From Verrucomicrobiota bacterium (GTDB taxonomy: Bacteria; Verrucomicrobiota; Verrucomicrobiia; Opitutales; Seribacteraceae), in the NCBI GenBank assembly GCA_027622665.1, contig JAQBYT010000004.1, positions 64,001-128,000 on the forward strand: 64,000 nt of DNA, given 5' to 3'. Shown in pieces: positions 54,550-64,000 of the stretch (its first letter is position 1; the number at the start of each line of letters is the position of its first letter). The position numbers and the translations under genes were made by a program. The notes under the pieces were generated by a model. The model saw only the letters and a list, made by a program, of their open reading frames with translations, did no database searches and was not told the origin of the DNA.

Positions 54550-55391
54550 TTATACATGGTGGTGCAGGTCAGATGGAAGGGAGTTTGTTTTCTTTCAAGC
54601 AATATCATTTAGCACTTTCAAAAATCATCAAAAAAGCATATCCGATTCTTAGAGAAAAGGGTTCAAGAGAGGCGGTGATAAAAGCAATAAAGTTGTTGGA
54701 GGACAATCCGATTTTCAATGCAGGAAAAGGATCAAAATTGCAACGTGATGGGAGGGTTCGAATGTCCTCAGCCATTATGAGTTCAGATGATAGTCGTTTT
54801 TCGGGAGTCATTAATATTAGGAATGTAAAAAACCCAATTCAGATTGCAGATTTATTATCTAAAGAAAAACATACAGTTTTAGGAGGGCGTGAAGCTTGTG
54901 AATATGCACGGAAAAATAATGTGAAATACTTTGATCCAATTACAGAAGACCGTTTAAAAGAATTTAAAGAGAAGCGTTCGGGAGATACGGGAACTGTTGG
55001 GGCAGTTGCGTTAGATGACAAAGGCATCATTTGTGTAGGAACATCAACAGGTGGTGTTGGCTATGAGCTTCCAGGAAGAATTGGGGATAGTGCGACTGTT
55101 GCTGGAACCTATGTCTCGAATATGTGCGGTGTTTCTTGCACAGGAAGAGGTGAACATATTGTTAATTATGCCGTGGCTGCACGTGTTGTCAGTTATGTCG
55201 AATGTGGGAAGTCCTTAAAAGAGGCGGTAACAGAGATTATTGGTGATGGAAATGAAGATTCACGTTATTACGGGCTTATTAGTTTAGATTACCAAGGGAA
55301 TTTTGTTGTTGGAGAAACGGATATGGCGACAGTTTTGTATGCTTCATATGATGGGGAACTGTTTAATACATTTTTCAAAGATCAAAAATAA
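54531..55391 (+). CDS. iaaA: Isoaspartyl peptidase/L-asparaginase (Ntn hydrolase); start codon reads ATT
   Basis: PKLIIHGGAG lies upstream of the ATG at 54573; LED.P.FNAG.GS, G|TVGAVA autocleavage Thr, TSTGG, GRIGDS, TG.GE. Confidence 0.88.
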   Translation: MSIPKLIIHGGAGQMEGSLFSFKQYHLALSKIIKKAYPILREKGSREAVIKAIKLLEDNPIFNAGKGSKLQRDGRVRMSSAIMSSDDSRFSGVINIRNVKNPIQIADLLSKEKHTVLGGREACEYARKNNVKYFDPITEDRLKEFKEKRSGDTGTVGAVALDDKGIICVGTSTGGVGYELPGRIGDSATVAGTYVSNMCGVSCTGRGEHIVNYAVAARVVSYVECGKSLKEAVTEIIGDGNEDSRYYGLISLDYQGNFVVGETDMATVLYASYDGELFNTFFKDQK

Positions 55392-55570
55392 GCTAATATT
55401 GATTCCCGACAGGTGCCTATCCGAAGTGAAAAGGCGTGGACACTTTTAAAATATCAATTTACCGCCATTTTTGTTCAGGGCGGCCTGGATAACTATGGAT
55501 CATCATGGTACGAAGTAATAAACCTTTCTTATGGATGTGCTGCGTAAAAATATTTTTAAATAATTATTGA

Positions 55571-55823
55571 CGGAACTTTACCCGGTTCTCCCCCAGTCGC
55601 TGTGACGTAGAGTAGCGGTTTGGTGTGCGGTGATGACTCGCCCGGAAATGCCCAAGTCGATCTTTTTGGCGACCTTCAAGTCAAGGCCATCTTAGTTCGG
55701 GGCCGCCTTGACGATCCAGAGGGAGTTTGAATTGCTACAAGGCGAATAGACGTAAAAGGGTTTGCCGAAACAACAATGCGAGCATGCCAGTAAGAAACAG
55801 GTCAGAAAGAGGCATCGTGTCAT
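55571..55823 (-). pseudogene. 5' part of the same lactonase pseudogene
   Basis: Hand translation MTRCLFLTCFLLAC...LWIVKAAPN*(TAA 55692-55694)DGLDLKVAKKIDLG..ITAH / frameshift / KPLLYVTATGGEPGKVP; starts 8 nt after the upstream stop. Confidence 0.7.
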
Positions 55824-55830
55824 GGTCTTG

Positions 55831-57054
55831 TTATTGCTTGAAAATATCGGGACTGGGCCAGCGGGTCTCGAAGTCGCCGATCAATTCCTCCTTGGGAGGT
55901 TTGTTCTTGGGCCAGTTGTTCGGGCGGATGCGGACGATTCGACCCGGGCGAAATCCTTCCAGAATCAAGTTCATGGAAAACTTCACTTGGATTCCGCTAC
56001 TGCCGAATGGGGGCTCTCCTTCCGTCTTCTCCACGGCAACGATCTTGCCCTCCATTCCGTCGTGATCAGGCCAATAAGTACGCAGGGTGTTCTCGGCCGC
56101 TGCCATCTGTCCGCCGGAACCCGGCTTGAAGTCGGCGTAAAGCGATTCGTCCATTCCTCCGAACAACGTGACCGTGACGTTGGCGTCCCCAAAATTTCCG
56201 TACTCGATCGCGTCTACCCAGGCGGGCATCCAGCGCAAGCGGATGAAGCGGATGTGCCTTTGTCTCTGGCGTTCCTGGGCGACCTTGACTGCGGCCTCGT
56301 TCAACCAGAGATCGGCAGTATGAAACTCTTGGTAGAGGTATCGGGGATGCCAAGTGAGGGCGAGTTGCACATGAAGGTCTGCGATGGAATTCTTTTCCTT
56401 GGCTTGCCAGAGACCTTCGGCAATCAGGTCGTCGATGCCGAGCAGTTCGCGACCTCGCCAGATGCGGGTTGAGCCGTCGATGGTGACCCTGTGCTCCCCC
56501 CCAAGTCCTTCCTCCCCTTCCTTTCGATCCAGGCTGGCCATCAAGTGGCCCTCGTTCCCGTTGGACGAGGTCGAGTATTTTACGGATTCCTTAGTGAGGT
56601 CCACTCCCCTCAATTTCCAGGCCTTGCCTTGACGAAGGCAAAAGCTCAGATCGTCCTCCAGAAGAATCGCATGATTTTCAGCTGGGGTTGCGGGATCCGT
56701 GCCCTTGGAGTTGGGCACGGCCGAAAGCTTGGGGTCGCAGGGGAGGAAAAATTCCCCATAGAGGATGGTTCCCAAGGGAACGTCCCTAAGATCAGCTGGG
56801 GCTCCTCGATAATAAATCATTCCATAAGGCAACATGGCGAAGTGGTGAAGCCTGCGTTCCCGGAAATAGCCGTCCACGAACAAACGTAGGCTGCCCCGGC
56901 GGTTTACGTGGTCGACGAAAACGAGTTCTCCCCGATAGGCCTTGGCTTTTCCGATTGGGGGAAAATTTCCTTGTTCCGGTCGAAAAGCTTCTTCCTCCGC
57001 CCAAAGCTGAGCGGTCAAGGAGGCAATAAAAGAAAGTAAAAGGAAGCGAATCAC
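55831..57054 (-). CDS. Family X secreted protein, paralogue 2
   Basis: Same conserved blocks as the other copies; GTGA-coupled to the DUF1552 gene. Confidence 0.88.
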   Translation of the reverse strand: MIRFLLLSFIASLTAQLWAEEEAFRPEQGNFPPIGKAKAYRGELVFVDHVNRRGSLRLFVDGYFRERRLHHFAMLPYGMIYYRGAPADLRDVPLGTILYGEFFLPCDPKLSAVPNSKGTDPATPAENHAILLEDDLSFCLRQGKAWKLRGVDLTKESVKYSTSSNGNEGHLMASLDRKEGEEGLGGEHRVTIDGSTRIWRGRELLGIDDLIAEGLWQAKEKNSIADLHVQLALTWHPRYLYQEFHTADLWLNEAAVKVAQERQRQRHIRFIRLRWMPAWVDAIEYGNFGDANVTVTLFGGMDESLYADFKPGSGGQMAAAENTLRTYWPDHDGMEGKIVAVEKTEGEPPFGSSGIQVKFSMNLILEGFRPGRIVRIRPNNWPKNKPPKEELIGDFETRWPSPDIFKQ

Positions 57055-58406
57055 CCCAAGTCCATGGCCTGGTTGCTGCCGCCGAACTGGTCGCTTTGCA
57101 CGCCCATCTTCTGGGCCATGGACAACAATAGATTGCTCATGTGGGCATCGGCGTTGGCCGGGCGACCGCAGAGGCGGTAGTGAGCTCCCGCGTTGTCGAG
57201 GCTGTAGCCGTCAAAGTGGCCTTTGTTGAAATCGAGGTGCCGTCCATGCTTGATGCCAAGGCCGGTTCCTCCGGCGAGAACAAGAGGCAGGTTGGCGTTT
57301 CCGTGGCTGTGTCCATAGGACATGCCTCCTCCCATGAGGGCCATGGTGGAGTCGAGCAGGGGTTTGCCGTTCAAGTCCTTGGTCTCGGCCAGTCGGCCGA
57401 TGAAGTAGCCGAACTGTTCGAAGGAAAAGGCGTCGCTAAGCGTAAGGTTCTCCATGTGATTGGGGTCGCCGTTGTGGTGGCTGAGTTCGTGACGGGACTG
57501 GGAAATGCCAAGCTCGGGAATGGGAAGCCCTCGGCCCTCGTTGCCGCTGCTGAAGGTGGCGACGCGGGTGGCATCGGTTTGGAAGGCCAGTACCATCAGA
57601 TCGTAAATGGTCCTGAAGTATTCCCCCGCCTGAGTCTGAGGAATGTCTCTATTGGTCCGCTTGCGGTCGGTCTCGGCGATTTTCGGGCGTGGTACGTCGA
57701 GCCAGGCATCAGCCCTCTCGGTGCGAATTTCGGTCTCGCGGACGGAAGTGAGGTACTGGTTCATTCGCCCCTTGTCATCCGCTCCAATTTTTTTCTCCAG
57801 CTTACGCACTTCCTCGAGGTTCGCGTCGAGTACGCTGCCCTTGCGTCGAAGGGCCCGACGCTGGTCATCAGTACCATTCTTGGGTTCCTCGAAAAGGTGA
57901 GCGAAGATTTGCTTGCATCGGCTCATCGCTGGTAAACGGATGCCGTCGGCTGTCCAGGCAAGTGATTCCCCTGCGTTGGCTAGCTCGAGCGAATGAAAGC
58001 GCGTGTGTGGTGCCGTCAGTTCGGCCATTCGTTGGTCAATGGAAATTGTGTTACTGTCCGAGGGGCCAAGTTTGCCTCCGGTCAGCCAGATTTTCTGGCA
58101 GTTGTGGTGATGTCCCAATCCACCCGGGTGGTGGAGGCCGCTGATGGGGGTGACGACGCTTCGGTGCTTCTCGAGGGGTTTAAGGGAACGTGAAAACTCG
58201 TAGTCCGCTCCATCGGCAATAATCTGGTAGTCGAGGGTGTTGACCCCGTTGGGAAGGTAGATGAAGGCGCTTCGGCGAGGCATGATTGGCTCGGCCGCTC
58301 GGAGGGGAGTCATACAGTCGAGGAGGGGGAGGGCAATGAATGTACCGAGTCCTTTCAGGGCGTGCCGCCGGTTGATCAGCCAGGATTGTGTGTTTAGGTT
58401 ACTCAT
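57051..58406 (-). CDS. DUF1552 (HXXSHH) protein
   Basis: [17 protein letters not shown]; close paralogue of 51245-52606. Confidence 0.92.
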   Translation of the reverse strand: MSNLNTQSWLINRRHALKGLGTFIALPLLDCMTPLRAAEPIMPRRSAFIYLPNGVNTLDYQIIADGADYEFSRSLKPLEKHRSVVTPISGLHHPGGLGHHHNCQKIWLTGGKLGPSDSNTISIDQRMAELTAPHTRFHSLELANAGESLAWTADGIRLPAMSRCKQIFAHLFEEPKNGTDDQRRALRRKGSVLDANLEEVRKLEKKIGADDKGRMNQYLTSVRETEIRTERADAWLDVPRPKIAETDRKRTNRDIPQTQAGEYFRTIYDLMVLAFQTDATRVATFSSGNEGRGLPIPELGISQSRHELSHHNGDPNHMENLTLSDAFSFEQFGYFIGRLAETKDLNGKPLLDSTMALMGGGMSYGHSHGNANLPLVLAGGTGLGIKHGRHLDFNKGHFDGYSLDNAGAHYRLCGRPANADAHMSNLLLSMAQKMGVQSDQFGGSNQAMDLG

Positions 58407-58412
58407 GATTGC

Positions 58413-60839
58413 TTAGCGTTTTTGGATGAATTCGGACAGGGCCACGGCCCGGACGATGTCCTTAAGTTTGTAGTTCGTTCGTTTCGCTTCTTCAACGATG
58501 GAATGAATGTCTTCTCGGTCATCGATGGTAAGGACCCGGCGAAGGGCATAGGTGCAAAGGTGCTCGACGAAGGCTTTGAGAAAGCGGTCACGGTCCTCGA
58601 TGAGCAGGTTCTTGAACTCGCTGGCATCGCTGAATGTTCTTCCGTCCGGCATCTTACCGCCTGGGTTGACCGGCGGGTTGGACCCCGTGCCCTTTTCTAC
58701 GCGCTCGTGGGTGCGCCATTGGCCGATGGCATCAAACTGGTCGAAGGCCAAGCCGAGGGGGTCGATGTTTTTGTGACAGGCAGCGCAGTTCGGGTTATGG
58801 GCGTGAGCTTCCAGCTTTTGTCTAATGGTCGCCTTGGGGCTGTCCGGCGGGTTCGGTTCGATCGGGTCGACGTTGGCGGGAGGTGGAGGCGGGGTTTTGC
58901 CGAAGATGGTCTCGCTGACCCAGACTCCACGGTGCACGGGGCGATGTCGCGTGCCATCGGAAGTAAGCCCAAGGATCGCCCCCGTGGTGAGAAGTCCGCC
59001 ACGGTTGTCTTCGGGGCGGAGGGCAACCCGCTGAAAGCCTCCCTTGTTCGGTTCGGGGAATCCATAGAAGTCGCACAGGCGAGGGTTGGCCATCGTCCAG
59101 TCGGATTGAAGAAAAGAGTCGATGGCTAGGTTTTGACGGAAGACTTCGTCAAAATATTGAACCACTTCCTCTCGCATGCTGGCCTCCAGCCAGACTTCGT
59201 AGTCCGGATAGAGTTTCAGATCGGGCGGAAACATCCCGAGCTTGTGGAGCTGAAGCCATTGGCGGGGAAAGTCCTCGATGAACCGCTCGATCTTGGAATC
59301 GGCGAGCATCCGGTCTACATGTGCCGCGAGGGCTTTTTTGTCACTAGTCAGTTTGCTCTCTTTTGCCGTATTAAAGAGCGATGGATCCGGCATGGAACTC
59401 CAGAGGAAATAGGAAAGGCGGGAGGCCAGTTCCCAGTCATTGAGTCTTTCGCGGGCTTTGACGTCCCCTTCCACGAGGTAGGTGAAGTTCCGTGAAGTCA
59501 ACATCCCGAGCAGGGCCACCTGATAAGCGTCGAAGACCTTTTCCCCAAGCTTTCGTTCTTCCTCATAGGAACGAAGATAGGGTTGCAGTTCGTTGATCTT
59601 CACTGGGCGGCGCCAAGCCCGTTCAGCGAAATTTTTCAACAGTTGAGCGACTTCCGTACTTGTTGCGTTGTTTTCAGGGAGCAATCCATTGCGGGTTGCC
59701 TTCTCGGACTCGCTTACGATTGGTCCTTCCCATTCGATCCAGTCCAGCAGGACGAAGGAGAAGATGCCGTCCCCCTCCTCGTCGAACATCTTGGGAGCGA
59801 TCGGGTTGAGCAGGGTGGTTTCGCTGCTGTGGGTGAATATGTAGCTGGTGCTGGAAAAGGCGTTTCGGTAATGAGCCCCCTTGCGCCGATCGATGATGTC
59901 GGATGCAATAAGGTTGAAGTCCAGGCTGGCGGGCATCTCCAAGAACACTTCGAATTTGAGGATTTCCGGCTTGTCTTCGGGGCCCATGACATCGAGTTCC
60001 AAAAGTCCCTCGTTGGCCGCCTCAAAAGTCCTCTTGCCAATTCTCAAGTGAGCGACTTGGCCACCTTTGGGACGAATGCCACTGACTTGCATTTTTGCCC
60101 GATAAAGCCCGCTGTGCTCGGGGCCGGTTCTTCCAAACCAATTATGCCTGAAGGCTTGTTGCAGTCGCCCTGGGAAAATCAAGGCACGCAAGGGCCTCTT
60201 GATACCGAATTGATCGAGGTACTTTTGTTGCTGCTTACCTCCATTATAGTGAATGTCCGCTGCCGTCATTCTGACTTTCTTGGCTTCGACCGGCTTGAGC
60301 GGAAAGGCCCGTGCTAGTACGGTTTCGGCGGCCTTGTAGTACCGTTCGACATGCGAGGGTGAAAGTGTAAGCAGGGAGCCGATGCGCTCGAAACCGTGCC
60401 AAAGCGGATCCGCGTTCAACTCACCTGGTTTCGTGGGATCGTAGCGGACGCCCAGGAGATCGTGGACCGTATTCCGGTATTCCTTGCGGCTGAGCCTATA
60501 GTGGGCGACCGGTGGTCGGGCGGCCATACGGGCGGCACGGCCTTCGCTAATTCTGGTGTCAAGCTGGCCAATGACCGATGCGATCTCGCTTTCGGTCGGT
60601 CGGGGTTCTTTTTTCGGGGGCATTTCCCCGGCATTGATCCGTTCCACGATCTCCGCCCAGAGATGTCCGTCCGCGCCCACCTTGAAATCCCGCGAAAGCT
60701 TGTCGATGCGCAAGTCACCTTTTTCCTTCTTTGGGCCGTGGCAACTGATGCAATGGTCGTTGAGGAAACCTTCAAATGATTTGTTGGCCGATAGCAAAGT
60801 AATCGGCAGTGAAATCATCAAAATTATGGCTCTAAGCAT
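58413..60839 (-). CDS. DUF1592/DUF1588-family di-haem c protein
   Basis: [26 protein letters not shown]; paralogue of 45748-48072; ATG at 60839 gives the better signal peptide. Confidence 0.92.
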   Translation of the reverse strand: MLRAIILMISLPITLLSANKSFEGFLNDHCISCHGPKKEKGDLRIDKLSRDFKVGADGHLWAEIVERINAGEMPPKKEPRPTESEIASVIGQLDTRISEGRAARMAARPPVAHYRLSRKEYRNTVHDLLGVRYDPTKPGELNADPLWHGFERIGSLLTLSPSHVERYYKAAETVLARAFPLKPVEAKKVRMTAADIHYNGGKQQQKYLDQFGIKRPLRALIFPGRLQQAFRHNWFGRTGPEHSGLYRAKMQVSGIRPKGGQVAHLRIGKRTFEAANEGLLELDVMGPEDKPEILKFEVFLEMPASLDFNLIASDIIDRRKGAHYRNAFSSTSYIFTHSSETTLLNPIAPKMFDEEGDGIFSFVLLDWIEWEGPIVSESEKATRNGLLPENNATSTEVAQLLKNFAERAWRRPVKINELQPYLRSYEEERKLGEKVFDAYQVALLGMLTSRNFTYLVEGDVKARERLNDWELASRLSYFLWSSMPDPSLFNTAKESKLTSDKKALAAHVDRMLADSKIERFIEDFPRQWLQLHKLGMFPPDLKLYPDYEVWLEASMREEVVQYFDEVFRQNLAIDSFLQSDWTMANPRLCDFYGFPEPNKGGFQRVALRPEDNRGGLLTTGAILGLTSDGTRHRPVHRGVWVSETIFGKTPPPPPANVDPIEPNPPDSPKATIRQKLEAHAHNPNCAACHKNIDPLGLAFDQFDAIGQWRTHERVEKGTGSNPPVNPGGKMPDGRTFSDASEFKNLLIEDRDRFLKAFVEHLCTYALRRVLTIDDREDIHSIVEEAKRTNYKLKDIVRAVALSEFIQKR

Positions 60840-60944
60840 ACTGAAATTTATATTTTCAAAAGGTTCTTGATTCAAATGTTATATGAATGTTCTTAGAGAA
60901 TTCTTTTTTGGGCTCATTGAATAGCTGTCACAATTGACGAGGAC

Positions 60945-62207
60945 TCAATACTTCGGAAAGATGGCAGGAGTAGGAAAGCGTTCTTCAGGCTTGTTTCCTC
61001 CGAGGTATTCCTCACGTGGTATTTGGACCTGTGGCCAGCTTCCTGGACAGATACGGACAACCCGTCCGGGACGGATGCCTTCGATGATCAGGTCGGTCTT
61101 GAATCGAATCCGGATACCGCTGCTGCCAAGCGGAGCATCGCCTTCGAGCCTTGTGACCTCAAGGATTGGGCCTCTGCAGGCCATATGGCCGGGGCCATAG
61201 GCCCCGTGGGTGTGTTTCAAGGTGTTCTCGACGGGATTCATCATTGCGGAAACGTCCTTCTTGAAGTCGGCGTAGAGGGAATCATCCATGCCGCCGAAGA
61301 GGGTGGCGGTAACGGTGGCAGTGCCAAATTTACCATACTCTATGGCATCAACAAAGGCAGGCATCCAGCGGCTCCGGATGAACGCCTTGTGCGTCTCGGT
61401 CTGGTTGCGGGCGGCCCGTTGAATCGAAACGTCGTCGAGCCAGACGTCGGAGACGTGAAAGCGGGTAAAGACACCGTCCGGCGTGGGCCTCCAGGTGATG
61501 CCGAGCAGGACCGCCTGGTCTTTGAGGGATTTCTTTCCGCTCTCAGGCCAAGTGCCTTCGTGGACGAGGTCAGCCACTTGAAGCTTCTCCAGGCCTCGCC
61601 ATATGCGGGTGGCGGCATCGAAGGTCATCGTTTCCTCTTCAGCCTTGGTTCCGCTGTTCTTGGATTCTCGTCGGGCTATGATTTTGCCGGCGCCGTCTTT
61701 GATATTCACCTCCTTCAGCTCCCATACTTTGCCCTCTCGCAGGCAGTGGCTTGCTTCGTCTTCAAGAAGAATCACGTGGTTTTCGGCCGGGGCGATGCCT
61801 TTGCCACTATAGCCGGCGGTCTTGTTGCGGTTGTTGATTGGCAACACGGGTACGGCGGAGAGCTTGGGATCAGGAGGGAGAAAAGCCCGTACGTGCAGCA
61901 CGGTGCCCAATGGAATGTCGCGGAGTTGGGCAGGAGCATTGTGGTAGCGAATGATCCCGTAGGGTAACATGGCGAAGGGGTGCGGCTTGTTTCGAAAGTA
62001 CATGCCTTCACCTTGTATGCGGATGCTGCCGCGACGGTTGGCATGGTCCACGAAAACAAGTTCTCCACGGTAGGAATGTGCCTTTTCAAGGGGAGGGAAT
62101 TTTCCCGTCTCCGGCCGGAACGGTTGTTCCTCGGGGCGTGCATTGGAGACGAGTATGAACAGGACTAGGTGTAGTGTAGAGACCCATCGGGCAAAGTTTA
62201 GTTTCAT
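60945..62207 (-). CDS. Family X secreted protein, paralogue 3
   Basis: Conserved blocks; ends RFPTPAIFPKY. Confidence 0.88.
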   Translation of the reverse strand: MKLNFARWVSTLHLVLFILVSNARPEEQPFRPETGKFPPLEKAHSYRGELVFVDHANRRGSIRIQGEGMYFRNKPHPFAMLPYGIIRYHNAPAQLRDIPLGTVLHVRAFLPPDPKLSAVPVLPINNRNKTAGYSGKGIAPAENHVILLEDEASHCLREGKVWELKEVNIKDGAGKIIARRESKNSGTKAEEETMTFDAATRIWRGLEKLQVADLVHEGTWPESGKKSLKDQAVLLGITWRPTPDGVFTRFHVSDVWLDDVSIQRAARNQTETHKAFIRSRWMPAFVDAIEYGKFGTATVTATLFGGMDDSLYADFKKDVSAMMNPVENTLKHTHGAYGPGHMACRGPILEVTRLEGDAPLGSSGIRIRFKTDLIIEGIRPGRVVRICPGSWPQVQIPREEYLGGNKPEERFPTPAIFPKY

Positions 62208-62226
62208 AAGGATGGATTCCGTCGGT

Positions 62227-63498
62227 CTAGTATTTCGGAAAGATGTCCGGGGTTGGGAAACGTTTTTCGATTCCGTCCCTGGTGTGGTGGATGTATTCTT
62301 CCCGGGGTACTTCCAGTAGCGGCCAACTTTCGGGACGGATTCTTATTACTTTTCCGGGTCTAAAGCCTTCCGTTACGAGGTTGGTCTCGAGACTTACCTC
62401 AATACCACTGCTTCCGGGGGATCCTCTTTTATCGGTTTTTGAAACCTCTATTAAAATCCCCCTGCTTGCCATCTGGGCAGTGCCTGCAGTCCCTCCCGCC
62501 CAATGTTTCAAGGTGTTTTCCGAGGAGGCAAGCATGGCCTTTCCCCCTTTTTTGAAATCGGTGTATAAGGAGTCATCCATGCCACCGAATAGGGTAACGG
62601 TAACTTTGGCCCGTCCAAACTTGCCGTATTCGACCTTGTCCACCCAGCCTGGCATCCAACGGCTCCTGATAAATGCCTTGTGGGTTTCGTTTTGGATTTG
62701 AGCGGCCCGTTCCATGGCAAGTTCATCCAGCCAGATGTCGCTGACGTGAAAGCGTTTGAAGACACCGCCCGGGGTGGGTTTCCAGGTAATGCCAAGAAAG
62801 ACCGTTTGGTCATTGAGATCTTTTTCCCCGTTTTTTGGCCAGGTTTTTTCGTTCATGAGATCGGTGATACATAGTCGTTCCCGTCCCCGCCAAAAACGGG
62901 TGGTTGCGTCGACGGAAAAGGTTTCCTCATGAATCTGCCCTATGCCTGCTTTGGGCTCCCTGCGTGCGACGATCATGCCGGCTTTTTCCTTCAGCTCCAC
63001 TTCCTGAAGTTTCCAGACCAATCCGAGGCGTTTGCAATGGCTTGGCTCGTCTTCAAGTATGTAAACGTAGTTCTCAGCCGGTGCCACGCCTGTTCCTGCA
63101 TTGCCGTATTTTTTTAGCCGGGTGTCGGTGGGTAAGACCGGTACGGCTGATATCTTGGGGTCGGGTGGAAGAAAGGCTTTTACGTGCATCACCGTACCCA
63201 AAGGGATATCCCGAAGATCGGCCGGAGCTCCCTGGTAACGGACCAAACCGTAGGGGAGTAGGGCAAAGGGGGACGGGTCGGTAAATCGAAACTTACCGTT
63301 CCCGTCGATGCGTATACTGCCGCGACGGTTGGCATGATCCACAAAAGTGAGCTCGCCTTGGTAGGAATGAGCCTTTTCCATAGGTGGAAACTTTCCAGCC
63401 TCGGGTCGGAAGGTATCTTGTTCGGCAGGCGCCTTGCAAACGATGGAGAAAATGCCGAGGTGTAGTGTGGCAATCCATCGGATGGGGAATCGTTTCAT
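62227..63498 (-). CDS. Family X secreted protein, paralogue 4
   Basis: Conserved blocks; ends RFPTPDIFPKY. Confidence 0.88.
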   Translation of the reverse strand: MKRFPIRWIATLHLGIFSIVCKAPAEQDTFRPEAGKFPPMEKAHSYQGELTFVDHANRRGSIRIDGNGKFRFTDPSPFALLPYGLVRYQGAPADLRDIPLGTVMHVKAFLPPDPKISAVPVLPTDTRLKKYGNAGTGVAPAENYVYILEDEPSHCKRLGLVWKLQEVELKEKAGMIVARREPKAGIGQIHEETFSVDATTRFWRGRERLCITDLMNEKTWPKNGEKDLNDQTVFLGITWKPTPGGVFKRFHVSDIWLDELAMERAAQIQNETHKAFIRSRWMPGWVDKVEYGKFGRAKVTVTLFGGMDDSLYTDFKKGGKAMLASSENTLKHWAGGTAGTAQMASRGILIEVSKTDKRGSPGSSGIEVSLETNLVTEGFRPGKVIRIRPESWPLLEVPREEYIHHTRDGIEKRFPTPDIFPKY

Positions 63499-63518
63499 AA
63501 GGGTGGAAGTCCCTCGAA

Positions 63519-64000
63519 TCAGTATTTTGGAAAGATATCCGGAGTCGGGAAGCGGTTCTCCGGGCTATTGTTGAAGAGGTATTCCTCCCTGGGGATTTGA
63601 GACTTCGGCCAACTGTCCGGACGGATGCGAACTACCCGTCCGGGACGAATGGCTTCGATAATCTGGTCGGTCTTGAAATCGACTTGAATGCCACTGCTGC
63701 CCAATGGAATGTTGCTTTCCTGTTTGGTGACTTGAACAATCTTTCCACCCGATGCCATGTGACCAGGGCCGTAGTGGCTAGCGGTGTGTTTCAATGTATT
63801 TTCCGCACCGTTTATCTGTCCGCCAATATCTTTTTTGAAATCGTCGTACAGTGCCTGATCCATCCCTCCAAAAAGGGTGAGAGTCGCTGTGGCCTGACCA
63901 AACTTTCCGTACTTTACCTCATTCACATAGGCGGGCATCCAGCGGGTACGGATGAAACTGTTGTTCTTCTGGGTCAGGAAATAGGCAGCGTGTTCAATGG
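63519..64000 (-). CDS. Family X protein, paralogue 5 (5'-partial)
   Basis: Frame runs off the window edge; FIRTRWMPAY..LFGGMD..RFPTPDIFPKY. Confidence 0.85.
   Translation of the reverse strand, partial: IEHAAYFLTQKNNSFIRTRWMPAYVNEVKYGKFGQATATLTLFGGMDQALYDDFKKDIGGQINGAENTLKHTASHYGPGHMASGGKIVQVTKQESNIPLGSSGIQVDFKTDQIIEAIRPGRVVRIRPDSWPKSQIPREEYLFNNSPENRFPTPDIFPKY

Larger units (their letters stand above)
53194..55570. mobile_element. Low-GC foreign island without mobility genes
   Basis: Abrupt switch to AT-rich sequence and AT-ending codons, SD-led genes on the opposite strand, sitting between two halves of one host gene. Confidence 0.75.

Noticed and set aside
55392..55570. Short ~44-codon ORF or RNA element at the island's right end
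   Set aside because: No SD, motif or convincing secondary structure.
61023..61967. Long antisense or overlapping ORFs (also 4283-5143, 57141-57935, 59583-60317 and others)
   Set aside because: These are shadow ORFs opposite well-supported GC-rich genes and show no recognisable motifs.

Overview
Accessory-gene-rich 64 kb from a PVC-superphylum bacterium, most likely a Verrucomicrobium (inferred from DUF1592/DUF1552, DUF1549/1553 + DUF1501, PVC-type dehydrogenases, sulfatases and mostly SD-less starts). No rRNA, tRNA, CRISPR, integrase or transposase was recognised. Main blocks: (1) 1-16.6 kb, a + strand run of exported haem-c, cupredoxin and beta-propeller proteins, a double sulfatase and a DUF1592/DUF1552 pair. 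Three of its ORFs share an unrecognised ~70-aa domain. (2) A MacAB-TolC-type exporter whose adaptor carries an inserted LysM domain, followed by a decayed second permease. (3) pdxA-like, aminotransferase, DUF1501/PSD1, sodium:solute symporter and hydrolase genes. (4) 44.5-64 kb, a - strand locus with at least five paralogues of an uncharacterised secreted ~400-aa family with variable loops, interleaved with DUF1592/DUF1552 genes, an LRR protein and lactonases; this is the best candidate for an undescribed system. A low-GC island (DUF1611-like P-loop protein + isoaspartyl peptidase) splits a lactonase pseudogene. Several other junctions and lesions may be real gene decay or assembly chimeras. 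All family assignments come from recognising motifs by eye, not from database searches.
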